Origin: Candidatus Rokubacteria bacterium 13_2_20CM_69_15_1
GTDB lineage: Bacteria; Methylomirabilota; Methylomirabilia; Rokubacteriales; CSP1-6
Reading direction: 5' to 3'
DNA length: 64,000 bases
Assembly: GCA_001914535.1 (NCBI GenBank)
Contig: MNCR01000052.1
Location: 3,791-67,790, forward strand
The translations under genes and the position numbers were made by a program. The notes under the pieces are model-generated. The model was not told the DNA's origin, did no database searches, and worked only from the letters and a program-made list of their open reading frames with translations. Position 1 is the stretch's first letter; each line of letters starts with the position of its first letter. Of the stretch, positions 45,254-55,405 are shown one piece after another.

Positions 45254-48200
45254 GTGAGGATCCCGACGCTCACACACTGGACAAAGGGCGCGCGCGCCGC
45301 CCTCTCGCTGCCGATTCTCCTCGGAGTCGCCATCGGGGTTGTCTACGAGGTCGCCGTGGGTCTCGGATCTGGCGAGGTGCCGCGTCGGTTCGCGATCCCG
45401 TACGCGGTGCCTATCTTCGATACGCCCTTCGCGCTGGTGGCGGTGGGCATCGGCTATCTCTGTCTCGAGCGCCACCGGCTGCGCCAGGACGTCCGTTCGG
45501 CGGGGATGGGGAGCACCCTCTGGCTCACGGCACTCCTCGCGCTCGCCCACATTCTCGCCCAGCCCGATTACCCGGGCACTCCCGGCGTGAACGCGGGCAT
45601 CGCGCCGTACTTCTTCTTCCTGAGCTATCTGGCCGGACTAGCCGGCATCGGCCTGGCGGCCCATTACGGCGACCGAAGCTTCCAGCTGACCGATCGCGCA
45701 CGGTTCGGGATTGGCGCGGTCGTCGTTCTACTCAGCCTGGCCGTCGTCGTGGGCGTCATCGAGGTGCGCCCGCTCCTCCCCGCACTGGTCATGGCCTCGG
45801 GACGATTCACGCCCTTCGGGCTCTGGGCGAGCGGCTTCGTGATCGGCACCGCTGGCGCGTGGGCGTTGTGGGGAGGCCTCCGCCGATACGTCGCGCGTGA
45901 TCCGTTCGCCGGTTACCTGCTCCTCGCCGCGTACATCTGGCTGCTGGGACTGATCGGCGTCATGATCTGCCCTTTCCGGTACAGCATTCCCTGGTACCTC
46001 GCCGGCTTTGCACGCCCCCTCGGTGTGGGCGTCATCTTCGTCGGGTTACTGCGGGAGCAGGTCTGGCTCTACCGGGAGGCGCGCGCGCGGCAGCGGGACC
46101 TCGACGTCCTCCATCGGGCGGGCCAGGCGCTCGTGCGAAGCCTCGACCTCACCGAGATCGCGCGGACGATCGTGACGAAGGCGCTGGAAGTGTCCGGCGC
46201 CGACGGCGCGATTCTCTTTCGGTTCGACGAAGCCGAGCGCGTGCTCGTCGCGATGAGTCACGCCGGTACGATCAGCGAGCAGCTGGTGTCGGGGCTCGAA
46301 CTGCCGCTGGGCCGGGGCGCGTCGGGGATCGCGGTCGCCGAGCGGCGGCCCGTGCTGGCCTCTCTCGCCGAGGACGATCCAGCAGTTCCCTTCCCGCTCG
46401 AGGTCGTGACGCGGATGCGCGGCGAAGGGCTGGAATCGGTGATGGCGATTCCGCTCTCCAGCCAGACGGGTGAGATCTACGGCGCTCTCTCCGTCTTCTA
46501 CCGGCGTGAACACGAATTCACCACCACGGACGTCGAGCTACTCTCGGCGTTCGGCACCCAGGCCTCCGCGGCGATCGAGAACGGGCGATCCTTCGACCGG
46601 CTCACCTTCAAGGCCCGCGACGACGAGGCGCTCCACGAATTCTCCCAACGGCTCCTCGCGGCCAATCGCGAGGAGCCCATTCAGCGGGACGTGATGCGCG
46701 TCACCCGGGAATTGCTCGGCGCCGACTGCGTGGGGCTTTTCCTGTTCGACGCGGTCACGGACTGCCTCCGCCTGGAGGCGGGCCTCGGCTGGCGGCCTGG
46801 CACGGTGGGCGCGGTCACGATCACCCCGTCCGCCGATTCCTTCGCGGGCTATACCTTCCTGCATAAGGCCACCGTCCAGGTCGAGGATCTGTCCCGCGAG
46901 CGCCGCTTCGCGGTCCCGCCCCACCTCGTCGCCCACGACGTCCGGGCGGGCATCGTCGTGCCCCTCGGCGTCCGCGATCAGCCGATCGGTGTCCTCGCGG
47001 CCTACTACCGCGCCTCGCACCGCTTCGGCGACGAAGAGCGCCGCGTCCTCACGAGCCTCGCCCACCAAACCGCGCTCGCGCTGGAAAAGGTCCGGCTCTA
47101 TGCGAAGCTCCAAGCCAACCTGCGTGAGTTGCAGGAGACGCAGGGGCAGCTGATCCAGGCCGACAAGCTGAAGGCACTCGGCACACTCCTGTCCGGGATG
47201 GCCCACGAGCTCAATAATCCGCTGTCCACGATCCAGCTCTCGGTGCAGCTCCTCAAGCGCCAGCACGCCCTGACCGACGCCGTGCGGACACGGATCGACA
47301 TGGTCGAGCGGGAATGCCAACGCGCGGCACAGATCATTCGCGAGCTTCTCGTCTTCGCACGGCGCAAGGCGCCCGAGCGGCGGCGGGTCGACCTCAACGA
47401 GGTCGTGCGCGCCACGCTCAAGCTCCAGGCGCCCGAGTTCGACCTCAGCCGGATCCGCGTGGTGACCGACCTCGATCCGCTCCCGAAGATCTGGGCCGAC
47501 GCCCACCAGCTTCAACAGGTGCTCCTCAACCTCTTCAGCAACGCGATCCACGCCATGAAGTCCACGGGACGGGACGGCGTTCTCACCGTCCGCTCGGCCG
47601 GCCACGACAGTGGGATCTCGATCGTGGTGGAGGACAACGGGCCCGGCATCCGGCCCGAGCACCTCGGGCAGGTCTTCGACCCGTTCTTCACGACGAAAGG
47701 GGTCGGGGAGGGCACGGGCCTCGGCCTCAGCCTCTCCATCGGCATCGTCGAGGCGCACGGCGGACGGATGTCGGTCGAGAACGTCCTGTCCGCGGGCGCG
47801 CGGTTCACGATCCGCCTGCCCTTCGGCCAGGGGGTCGAGGGCGACGAAGCGCCGGCGACGCCGGCCGCGCCCATTGGCAGCGCCCAGATCCTCGTGGTGG
47901 AGGACGAAACGGCGTTGCGTGGCCTCCTCGTGGAGGCCTTCACGACGCTGGGTCATCGGGTTCATGAGGCGGGGACGGGTCGAGCGGCGATCGGCCTCCT
48001 CGAGCACGGGACCTACGACGTGGTGGTGCTCGATCTCATGTTGCCGGACATCGACGGGAGAGGCGTCTGGCAGTGGATCCTCGCTCATCGCCCGGCGCTG
48101 GTGAACCGCGTGATGTTCATGACGGGCGACACGATGAGCGTCGGGTCGCAGCGGTTCCTCGAGGAAACCGGCCGCCCGGTCCTCAACAAGCCCCTGGCGA

Positions 48201-48298
48201 TGGACCGCCTCGGCCAGACGATCGTTGAGGTGCTTGCGGAAGACGCGCACCAGGATCGTGGTCAGGCGTACGCAACGGCTCGTCAATGCGCTTCTTGA
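45254..48298 (+). CDS. Hybrid sensor histidine kinase: polytopic N-terminal membrane domain, GAF domains, HisKA, HATPase_c, C-terminal receiver
   Basis: About 8 predicted TM helices in the first 270 aa. H-box [10 protein letters not shown]. HATPase N/G boxes. Receiver (ILVVEDE...[11 protein letters not shown]). Confidence 0.85.
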   Translation: MRIPTLTHWTKGARAALSLPILLGVAIGVVYEVAVGLGSGEVPRRFAIPYAVPIFDTPFALVAVGIGYLCLERHRLRQDVRSAGMGSTLWLTALLALAHILAQPDYPGTPGVNAGIAPYFFFLSYLAGLAGIGLAAHYGDRSFQLTDRARFGIGAVVVLLSLAVVVGVIEVRPLLPALVMASGRFTPFGLWASGFVIGTAGAWALWGGLRRYVARDPFAGYLLLAAYIWLLGLIGVMICPFRYSIPWYLAGFARPLGVGVIFVGLLREQVWLYREARARQRDLDVLHRAGQALVRSLDLTEIARTIVTKALEVSGADGAILFRFDEAERVLVAMSHAGTISEQLVSGLELPLGRGASGIAVAERRPVLASLAEDDPAVPFPLEVVTRMRGEGLESVMAIPLSSQTGEIYGALSVFYRREHEFTTTDVELLSAFGTQASAAIENGRSFDRLTFKARDDEALHEFSQRLLAANREEPIQRDVMRVTRELLGADCVGLFLFDAVTDCLRLEAGLGWRPGTVGAVTITPSADSFAGYTFLHKATVQVEDLSRERRFAVPPHLVAHDVRAGIVVPLGVRDQPIGVLAAYYRASHRFGDEERRVLTSLAHQTALALEKVRLYAKLQANLRELQETQGQLIQADKLKALGTLLSGMAHELNNPLSTIQLSVQLLKRQHALTDAVRTRIDMVERECQRAAQIIRELLVFARRKAPERRRVDLNEVVRATLKLQAPEFDLSRIRVVTDLDPLPKIWADAHQLQQVLLNLFSNAIHAMKSTGRDGVLTVRSAGHDSGISIVVEDNGPGIRPEHLGQVFDPFFTTKGVGEGTGLGLSLSIGIVEAHGGRMSVENVLSAGARFTIRLPFGQGVEGDEAPATPAAPIGSAQILVVEDETALRGLLVEAFTTLGHRVHEAGTGRAAIGLLEHGTYDVVVLDLMLPDIDGRGVWQWILAHRPALVNRVMFMTGDTMSVGSQRFLEETGRPVLNKPLAMDRLGQTIVEVLAEDAHQDRGQAYATARQCAS

Positions 48299-48912
48299 CC
48301 ACGGGGCAGATCGCGTCCTCCTGTCAGGTGACGATCCCGACAGTCAAGCGGTGGATCCGGGAGGGGCACCTGGCGGCCTTCAAGACTGCCGGCGGTCACT
48401 TCCGGGTCACGGACGCCGAGCTCGAGCGCTTCCAGTCGGTGCTCCACATGCCCGCGACGGCGGTCCACGAAGAGCAGTCTCCGCGCCTCCTCATCGTCGA
48501 CGACGATGCGAGGCTCCTCAACACGCTGGCCGAGATCCTGCGTTTGGACCCGCGATACACCGTGGAAACGGCGCACGACGGTTACGAGGGTCTCATGAAG
48601 GTCGGCACCTTCCGGCCTCACCTCCTGATCCTCGACATCTTCATGCCGGGCCTCGACGGCTTCCACGTTTGCCGCGCCGTCAAAGAGGATCCGGCCACAC
48701 AGCCGACGAAGATCCTCGCGATAACCGGTCACCTCGCAGGCGATGTTCGCGCGCAGAGCTTCGCGGCAGGCGCGGACGCCTTCCTCGAGAAACCACTGCA
48801 GTGGTCAACGCTCAAGACCGAGGTCGACCGCCTCGTCTCGGAGGCCCGTTCGGGGTCGCCCGCGACACTGCTTTCACCATCGACCCCGAAAGGCAAAGGA
48901 GAAACCCGATGA
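48286..48912 (+). CDS. Response regulator with N-terminal excisionase/MerR-type HTH and C-terminal receiver domain
   Basis: [29 protein letters not shown]. Receiver LLIVDDD...[11 protein letters not shown]. Confidence 0.8.
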   Translation: MRFLTTGQIASSCQVTIPTVKRWIREGHLAAFKTAGGHFRVTDAELERFQSVLHMPATAVHEEQSPRLLIVDDDARLLNTLAEILRLDPRYTVETAHDGYEGLMKVGTFRPHLLILDIFMPGLDGFHVCRAVKEDPATQPTKILAITGHLAGDVRAQSFAAGADAFLEKPLQWSTLKTEVDRLVSEARSGSPATLLSPSTPKGKGETR

Positions 48913-49922
48913 GGCTGACAACGTTCTCGCTTGTGCGCTCTCGCGCGACCGTGGTGGTCGCCATGCTGCTGATTCTGGCGCTCCCCGCGGTCGCCGTCGC
49001 CGGGCTTCTCGGCGGGCTGTTGGGCGTCGTTGGCGGCGTGGTCGGAGGGGTCGTGGGAGTGCTGGCGCCGCCGGTGTCCGGCCCCGGCCCCTTCGTCCTG
49101 CGCTTCGAGCCGACACCCAACCTATACGGGATCCCGAACGGCGCCCTGCCCGCGATCCGGCCGAACTACGCGAGCGCCACGATGCAGATCGGCGTCTCCA
49201 ATGGGCAAACGGACCTGCAGTTCTCCGTGCGTAGCCTGCGTCCGAGGACGATCTACACGATCTGGACCGTGTTCTACCCGCTGGCATGGCCGATCGTGTT
49301 CCCGACGGGGAGCATCAGGCCGGCCTTCGATTCCAGGTTTCCTCAGGGGCCTTCCGGGTTCTACACCGAAGGGGGCGTGGTGGCGCCGACGGCCTCGCTG
49401 TCCGCGCAGTTCACCAACGGGATGGGACTCGACCCGGGCGTCACGTTCGTCACCGACGACTGGGGCAACGGCCAGGTACGCGTGACGTTGGACTACAACG
49501 TTCTTGGGAACACGAACGACGACGGGCCGCCCGTGGGGAACAAGGCCATCGTCACCCAGTGCGTGGTCGATAGCCCCGGACCGCAAAGCGGCCCGTGCCC
49601 CTCGACGAGCGCGATTCAGCGGGTGACGACCACGTGGCTCAGGAAGTACATCGCGCAGGTGCCGGCGGCCGACCGCGCCACGCTCTGCGCCAACTACAAC
49701 TCGTCGGATCCGACCAGTATCTACTGGCAGTGCATCGACCCCGCCACGGTGGACCCCCAGACCGGTAACGGTCTGCCCCGGGTGTGGCGGTTCCCCTTCG
49801 ATCACTTCCGCCTTGCCGCTCATCCCGACGGACTGACGCACGGGTTCATCGGCGGTAACGAGGCCGAGCACGTCATCGACATGGTGGGCCGACGGTGCCA
49901 CCTCACGAACACGTGCCCATGA
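48909..49922 (+). CDS. Secreted/anchored hypothetical protein with GxxxG-rich N-terminal helix and a roughly 280-aa Cys-containing domain of unknown function
   Basis: ATGA-coupled to the response regulator stop. Signal and anchor [51 protein letters not shown]. No recognisable family. Confidence 0.5.
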   Translation: MRLTTFSLVRSRATVVVAMLLILALPAVAVAGLLGGLLGVVGGVVGGVVGVLAPPVSGPGPFVLRFEPTPNLYGIPNGALPAIRPNYASATMQIGVSNGQTDLQFSVRSLRPRTIYTIWTVFYPLAWPIVFPTGSIRPAFDSRFPQGPSGFYTEGGVVAPTASLSAQFTNGMGLDPGVTFVTDDWGNGQVRVTLDYNVLGNTNDDGPPVGNKAIVTQCVVDSPGPQSGPCPSTSAIQRVTTTWLRKYIAQVPAADRATLCANYNSSDPTSIYWQCIDPATVDPQTGNGLPRVWRFPFDHFRLAAHPDGLTHGFIGGNEAEHVIDMVGRRCHLTNTCP

Positions 49923-50214
49923 TCGGGGCGGCACGGCGCTGCCCGGGCCCCTTGCACATCTCCTGAGAAGCGCCCGGTGACTCGGAGGGGGCGTCTCACC
50001 GAGGGGCTCCGCCCTCTGGGGCCCCCTCCGAGACCTTTCCCCCGTGGTGACTCCGACGGGCTCCGCGTCTGTGCTATTGTCGCGCTCGCCCGCCCGGCGA
50101 GTGGCGCCGCGGCGGGGGAGGAGCTGCCCGCGGGGCCGACGGACACGCGCGAGGCCCTCGAGGGCCTCAGGATCCGCACGCCGGCGGGCAGGCTCGCGGC
50201 TGAGGGAGGAACGC

Positions 50215-51225
50215 ATGGAGTATCGCGAGCTCGGCAAGACGGGGCTCCGGGTGTCGGCGCTCGGGTTCGGATGCGGCAACGTCGGCGGGCTCATGATCCG
50301 TGGCAGCGCGTCCGAGCGCGAGCGCGCCATCGCGCGGGCGGTGGAGCTGGGGATCAACTACTTCGACACCGCGCCCTCCTACGGCGACGGCCAGTCGGAG
50401 CAGAACCTCGGCGCGGCCGTGCGCTCGCTGCGGGCGTCGGTCTACGTCGGCACGAAGTTCCGCCTGGACGCCGCGGACCTCGGCGCCGTGCCAGGCGCCG
50501 TCAGCCGCTCGCTCGACGCAAGCCTCAAGCGCCTGCGTCGAGAGCACGTCGACCTGCTCCAGCTCCACAACAACATCTTCGCGGAGCGCGCGGGCGAGCC
50601 CGTGAGCGTCGCCGACGTCCTGGACCGGGTGATCCCCGCGCTCCAGACGCTGCAGGGGCAGGGCAAGACGCGCTACTGGGGCATCACGGCGCTCGGAGAG
50701 CCGGCGGCGCTCCACCGCGTGCTCGACACGGCGTCGCTCCACACGGCGCAGGTCTGCTACAACCTGCTCAACCCGAGCGCCGGCGTGGAGGTGGCGCCGG
50801 GATTCCCGGGCCCGGACTTCCGACGCCTGCTCGCCCGGGCGGCGGAGCGACGGGTGGGGGTGATCGTCATCCGCGTGCTCGCCGCGGGTGCGCTGAGCGG
50901 CGCGGCGACCCGCCATCCGGTCGCGGTGCCGACCGTGGAGCCGATCGCCACGGGGCCGGACTACGCGAGCGACGTGCACCGTGCACAAGCGCTGCGGGCG
51001 CTCGTCGAGGAAGGCCACGTGGGGAGCCTCGTCGAGGCGTCGCTCAGGTTTGCGCTGAGCAGCCAGGCCGTCTCCACGGTGCTGCTCGGCTACTCGAGCC
51101 TCGAGCATCTGGAGTACGCGGCCGCCGCCGTGGCCAGGGGTCCGCTCCCCGCGGCGGCGCTCGACCGGCTGTCCACCGTGTGGGCGCGATTCGGGCGTGG
51201 CGCTGCAAGCGGGGGAAGCGCCTGA
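50215..51225 (+). CDS. Aldo/keto reductase
   Basis: ATG after GAGGGAGGA. AKR signatures (GINYFDTAPSYG, catalytic YxxxK). Confidence 0.85.
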   Translation: MEYRELGKTGLRVSALGFGCGNVGGLMIRGSASERERAIARAVELGINYFDTAPSYGDGQSEQNLGAAVRSLRASVYVGTKFRLDAADLGAVPGAVSRSLDASLKRLRREHVDLLQLHNNIFAERAGEPVSVADVLDRVIPALQTLQGQGKTRYWGITALGEPAALHRVLDTASLHTAQVCYNLLNPSAGVEVAPGFPGPDFRRLLARAAERRVGVIVIRVLAAGALSGAATRHPVAVPTVEPIATGPDYASDVHRAQALRALVEEGHVGSLVEASLRFALSSQAVSTVLLGYSSLEHLEYAAAAVARGPLPAAALDRLSTVWARFGRGAASGGSA

Positions 51226-51229
51226 GGCG

Positions 51230-52207
51230 ATGCGCTCACGGGTCTTCATCACCCAACCGGTGGCCGAGTCGGCGATCCGCCGGCTGTCGGAGCGCGCCGA
51301 GGTCGGGTGGGACACGGACGCGAGCCGCATCATGCCCAAAGCCGACCTGCTTCGCGCCGTGCGCGGGTGCGAGGTCCTCTTCTGTCTTCTCCACGACGCG
51401 GTCGACGCCGAGGTGATCGCCGCCGGCCCGGGCCTGAAGCTCATCGCCTCGATGGCCATTATTCCGGCGAACATCGACGTGGCGGCGGCGACGGCGCGCC
51501 AGATCCCGGTGACGGTGATTCCTGCCGTCGTCACCGAGGCCACCGCAGACCTCACGTGGGCGCTGATCCTCGCGGTAGCGCGGCGGGTGGTGGAAGCGGA
51601 TCGGCTCGTGCGGACGGGGCGGTTCCCCGGCTCCCAGTCGTCACACCTCGAGGGACGCTACGTGTTCGGCAAGACGCTTGGTCTCGTCGGCGCGGGCCGG
51701 ATCGGGCAGGCGGTGGCGCGCCGGGCCCGCGGCTTCGGCATGCGCGTCCTCTACGCGGATCCGCGGCGCCTCGACCCCGCGCAGGAGGCCGAGCTCCGCA
51801 TGACCCACACGGGACTCGATCGGCTGCTCGCCGAGGCCGACTTCGTGTCGGTCCACGCGGCGTTCACGCCCGAGACGCGCCACCTGATCGGGGCCGTCCA
51901 GCTCGCCCGCATGAAGCCGACGGCGTACCTGATCAACACCTCCCGGGGGCCGGTGCTCGACGAGAAGGCGGTGGCGCGGGCGCTCGCAGAGGGGCGCATT
52001 GCCGGCGCCGGCCTCGATGTCTACGAACACGAGCCGCACCCCGAGCCGGAGCTTGTACGGCTGCCCACCGTCGTGCTCACCCCGCACCTGGGCAGCGCCG
52101 TGGGCGAGCTGCGTGAGGCGATGCACCACGTCGTGGTCGACAATATCCTCGCGTTCCTCGACGGCCAGCGCCCACCGAACTGCGTCAACCCGGAGGTCCT
52201 CGGCTGA
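51230..52207 (+). CDS. D-isomer-specific 2-hydroxyacid dehydrogenase (glyoxylate/hydroxypyruvate reductase-like)
   Basis: NAD-binding GLVGAGRIGQAVARRA. Catalytic R, E and H region (INTSRGPVLDE...LTPHLGS). Confidence 0.85.
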   Translation: MRSRVFITQPVAESAIRRLSERAEVGWDTDASRIMPKADLLRAVRGCEVLFCLLHDAVDAEVIAAGPGLKLIASMAIIPANIDVAAATARQIPVTVIPAVVTEATADLTWALILAVARRVVEADRLVRTGRFPGSQSSHLEGRYVFGKTLGLVGAGRIGQAVARRARGFGMRVLYADPRRLDPAQEAELRMTHTGLDRLLAEADFVSVHAAFTPETRHLIGAVQLARMKPTAYLINTSRGPVLDEKAVARALAEGRIAGAGLDVYEHEPHPEPELVRLPTVVLTPHLGSAVGELREAMHHVVVDNILAFLDGQRPPNCVNPEVLG

Positions 52208-52261
52208 CTCTCGGTTCAGGGATCCCTGCGCGGCTTCTCTGGTTTGTTGATTGCGTAGCTG

Positions 52262-52353
52262 CTCATAAGTGAGGGTTACCCACCGGTCCCGGTCGACTCA
52301 TAAGTGAGGGTTACCCACCGGTCCCGGTCGACTCATTAGTCAGGGTTACCGAG
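52262..52353. repeat. 35-bp tandem direct repeat, two perfect copies plus one degenerate: CTCATAAGTGAGGGTTACCCACCGGTCCCGGTCGA
   Basis: Seen directly. Overlaps the 3' end of the transposase ORF. Confidence 0.8.
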
Positions 52354-53579
52354 GCCATCGTCTGGGTGACGTCAGGAGAGGACTGCGCGCGGCGGGTGGC
52401 TATGGAGGGATCCCCGGCGGAGACCCGGGAAGGATCCGGCGCGGCCAAACGCCATAGCCGTTCCAGGGCGGCCTGCAAGTCGCGTTGGAGCTGCAGCGGA
52501 TTGAGGCGGTGATAGAGCGCGTCGAGCTCGGCGCGCTTGGCGGCGCTGAGCACCCCGGCTGCGCACAACCGCTGGTAGGGTGTCTGGGCACGGTCGAACA
52601 CCCGGTGGACGCGCGCGCCGGCCCACTGTTTCCGCACGAGCTTTTCGACGGGCTGGAAGAAGTTCACGTGCAAGCGGGCCAGCGCGTAGACCTGGGCGAG
52701 CTGGGCATAGGCGGCCTTGGACGTGAAGCGATCATAGCCGACGAGGTGGCGCACGATCGCGCCGTTCTTCTGCTCTACCAGCGCGCTGTCATTTTTCTTC
52801 CACGCCCGACCGCGCGTGAAGGTGATGCCCTCGCGCCAGCAGTAGTAGTACAAGACGCGGTTGATGAACTCGGATCCGTTGTCGGTGTCCAGCCCGGCCA
52901 GGGCCACCGGCAGCCGCGTGCGCACGGCCTGCACGCCGGCGGCGACCCGATAGTGGCCTTTGCCCCACAGCGCCTGCAGCTCGATCCAGCTCGTGGCCAC
53001 GTCGACCGCGCACAGGGTATGCAGGTAGAAGCCTTTCGTGCTGCTGCCGCAGTGGGCGACCAGATCGACCTGATAGAAGCCGGGCCGCGCATCGTCCCAG
53101 TCGGCGAACGTGCGGATGGGGATCTGTTGCTTGAGCCAGCTGCTCGGGTGGGTCGTCGCGGCGCCGCGCCGAGGGAACTGCGCCCGAGCCCCCTCGAGCA
53201 AGCGGGCCAAGGTCGGGCGACTGGCTTGCCGCACGAGCTTGTCTACGGCCGGGGGAAGGGTCACTTCGCCACACTGCACGAGCCGGTCGAGCAACTCGGG
53301 CACGAAGGGCTGCAGCCGGTGGGCCCCGATGCGCCCGCTCGCCTGCCAGAGTACGGCCGCGGCCGCCGCCACCTCCGGCCCATACTGGCGCGGGCGGCCG
53401 GAGCGTGGGCGGGCTGCCCCCGTCCTCGTCGCCCGCCGCAACAGCCGGATGGCCGCCTTGCGGTGCATGCGGGTTACTGCCACCATCTCGTCCAACAGCC
53501 GGTGCTTCTCGCTCCGGCTGGCCTGCTGGTACCGCTCGCGCTGCACGGCGGCGTACTCTCGCAAGCTGGCTCGCGTCAC
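52311..53579 (-). CDS. DDE-type transposase (integrase catalytic core; ISNCY/IS481-like)
   Basis: GTG at 53579 after AGGAGG. rve-like catalytic region (FYQVDLVAHCG...LDTDNGSEFINRV...ALVEQKNG). Confidence 0.8.
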   Translation of the reverse strand: MTRASLREYAAVQRERYQQASRSEKHRLLDEMVAVTRMHRKAAIRLLRRATRTGAARPRSGRPRQYGPEVAAAAAVLWQASGRIGAHRLQPFVPELLDRLVQCGEVTLPPAVDKLVRQASRPTLARLLEGARAQFPRRGAATTHPSSWLKQQIPIRTFADWDDARPGFYQVDLVAHCGSSTKGFYLHTLCAVDVATSWIELQALWGKGHYRVAAGVQAVRTRLPVALAGLDTDNGSEFINRVLYYYCWREGITFTRGRAWKKNDSALVEQKNGAIVRHLVGYDRFTSKAAYAQLAQVYALARLHVNFFQPVEKLVRKQWAGARVHRVFDRAQTPYQRLCAAGVLSAAKRAELDALYHRLNPLQLQRDLQAALERLWRLAAPDPSRVSAGDPSIATRRAQSSPDVTQTMASVTLTNESTGTGG

Positions 53580-53666
53580 GGCGGCCTCCTGGGGCGAATT
53601 GGTAACCGTGACTTCTGATCTACGAGCCTCCGTTCGGTAACCGAAATTTTGAGTTGATGCGGATTG

Positions 53667-53695
53667 TTGACACGTGCAAGGCTGCCTTATAGACT
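53667..53695 (+). promoter_or_regulatory. Outward-facing sigma-70-like promoter at the IS right end (TTGACA, 15-17 bp, TATAGACT)
   Basis: Consensus -35, and a reasonable -10, pointing toward genes at 53913 and 54389. Confidence 0.35.
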
Positions 53696-53912
53696 TGCCC
53701 TTCGTGAGAACGCGTTCGGACAATCCTCGAGCGTTTCGTCTCCCCGGTCGTGGCGTCTTCTGACCGCCGACTCAGCGCTCTAATCCGTCCGGCAGCACCA
53801 CGAGTCGTGCGAGATCCGCGGAGGTCTCTGCGCGATCACCGAGCGATCTCTGTCCTCGCCGGTGCCGGCTTGCCCGGCGAGACACGGCGATCCATATCGG
53901 GAGGTTTTTGAA

Positions 53913-54302
53913 ATGAAGATTCGAGAACTCAGCAAGTTTGTGGCTACCCTTTTGGTCTACGTGACGAGCACGGCGCCGGCCTACGCGGCCGCCGTCACCC
54001 AGGAGACCCGGGCGCGCATCGCGGAGACCCGCCGGATCTTGTCCGTTGTCGAACGGACCGTCGACAATGGGCAAGTCGTCGCCCGAGTCCGGCAGAAGCT
54101 CTCGACCCTCGACGACAAGCGTCTTCGGCTGCTCGGCACCCTCGCCGACCGGCTGGACACGGATCGCGGGACGCCGCGGACGGCGCGCAGGTCGCCGAAG
54201 TGTCTGAGAACGATGGCGGAAACGCAACTCATCCCGCTCGTGTCAGGGATTTTCCCAGGTCCGTATCGAGGAGAAACCTCATTGAAGCGGACCCGTGGTT
54301 AA
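53913..54302 (+). CDS. Small secreted helical hypothetical protein
   Basis: ATG after GGAGG. Signal peptide KFVATLLVYVTSTAPAYAAA. Confidence 0.4.
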   Translation: MKIRELSKFVATLLVYVTSTAPAYAAAVTQETRARIAETRRILSVVERTVDNGQVVARVRQKLSTLDDKRLRLLGTLADRLDTDRGTPRTARRSPKCLRTMAETQLIPLVSGIFPGPYRGETSLKRTRG

Positions 54303-54388
54303 ACCTAAGTTTGGTTAAACCTAAATTGTTGGAGGCTAAAGGTGCCTTATGAGATCGTCTCGGAGCGGTCAAGAGGAGGCCACGTCTC

Positions 54389-54829
54389 GTGATGAGTAAC
54401 CCTGTGGCACGCCTGTTGATCGTGGACGATGACGCCGAGTTCGTCGAGAGCCTGAGGGCTTCCCTGGTGGCGTTGGGCTATGAAATCGACCGCTCCTCGC
54501 ACGGTGCAGACGCCCTCATGGCGATTCGCCTGGTGCGTCCTGACGTCGTGCTGCTCGACATCCGGATGCGCGGACTCAGCGGCGTGGAAGTTCTCAAGCG
54601 TATCCGCGCGATGGATAGCAGCATCCCCGTGATCATGGTCACCGCCGCCGACGATCCTGTGCTCATCCGCGAAACGCGCGAGATCGGCGCCTACGGCTAC
54701 CTCGTCAAGCCGATCGAGCTCCATCGCCTGGCGCGGATGGTCGCCGGAGCGGCAACGCTGTCCCGGGGCGAATCGGACAATCGCGTGCGGCTGGTGCCGA
54801 CTGGAGCGAAGAACAGCAGTCCTTCGTGA
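54389..54829 (+). CDS. Single-domain response regulator (CheY-like receiver), orphan
   Basis: LLIVDDD, phospho-acceptor D in VLLDIRMRGLSG, and the VIMVTA/KP motif. Confidence 0.8.
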   Translation: MMSNPVARLLIVDDDAEFVESLRASLVALGYEIDRSSHGADALMAIRLVRPDVVLLDIRMRGLSGVEVLKRIRAMDSSIPVIMVTAADDPVLIRETREIGAYGYLVKPIELHRLARMVAGAATLSRGESDNRVRLVPTGAKNSSPS

Positions 54830-54895
54830 GGGCGGTCCGCGCGACCTCGCTGTAGCCCGGCCCCGGATCTTCATCGATCGGTGGCGCCCGTCTGA

Positions 54896-55378
54896 TCATC
54901 GCGCGAGCTCCTTACCGAAGCCGTACTCGCGGCTCCGGTCGATGTCGGGGGCGATGCGCTCGCCGAAGCGCGTGAAGCCGAGGCGCACGTACACGGCGTG
55001 CGCGGTCCCGAGCCGCGCGTCGGACCACGCGACGACGCGCTGATAGCCGGACGCCGCCGCCCAGTCGAGCATCTGCTCCATGAGCGCGCGCCCGAAGCCA
55101 CGGCCGCGGTACTCGGCGAGCAGATAGAGCCGCTTGACCTCGCAGGCGCCGCCTCCGGCGTCCACCCCCGCGACCGTGCCCACCACGCGACCGTCGTCCA
55201 CGAGAACCCAGAACCGGCCCCCGCGCTCCAGGTACGAGGCGCGGATGTCGGTGAGGTCCGCGTCGAATCCCGACGGCTCGAAGGTCATCGCGTACTCGCG
55301 GAACACGGCGCCGATGACCTCGAGCACGGCCGCCGCGTGGGACGACTCGAACGGCACGATCGCCACGCTTCCCTTCAC
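54896..55378 (-). CDS. GNAT-family N-acetyltransferase
   Basis: Acetyl-CoA-binding motif RGRGFGRALM. Confidence 0.8.
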   Translation of the reverse strand: MKGSVAIVPFESSHAAAVLEVIGAVFREYAMTFEPSGFDADLTDIRASYLERGGRFWVLVDDGRVVGTVAGVDAGGGACEVKRLYLLAEYRGRGFGRALMEQMLDWAAASGYQRVVAWSDARLGTAHAVYVRLGFTRFGERIAPDIDRSREYGFGKELAR

Positions 55379-55405
55379 GCCGCGTACGAAGTCCTGAGGT
55401 CCCGC

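Larger units (their letters stand above)
52240..53700. mobile_element. Insertion sequence (DDE/rve transposase) with multiple subterminal GGTTACC-containing repeats at both ends
   Basis: The transposase gene is flanked by inverted copies of CTCAnAAnnnnnGGTTACCsAmCGG-like motifs: 2.5 tandem copies at the left end and 2 copies at the right end. Exact termini and any target-site duplication are not resolved. Confidence 0.55.

Noticed and set aside
52262-52353. Possible CRISPR array
   Set aside because: Only 2.5 tandem copies with no spacers. The units are contiguous and belong to the IS end. No cas genes are present.
54400-54420. TGGCAC-N5-TTGA sigma-54-like motif
   Set aside because: Lies inside the first codons of the response-regulator CDS (..[11 protein letters not shown]..). 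It is most likely a coincidental match in coding sequence.
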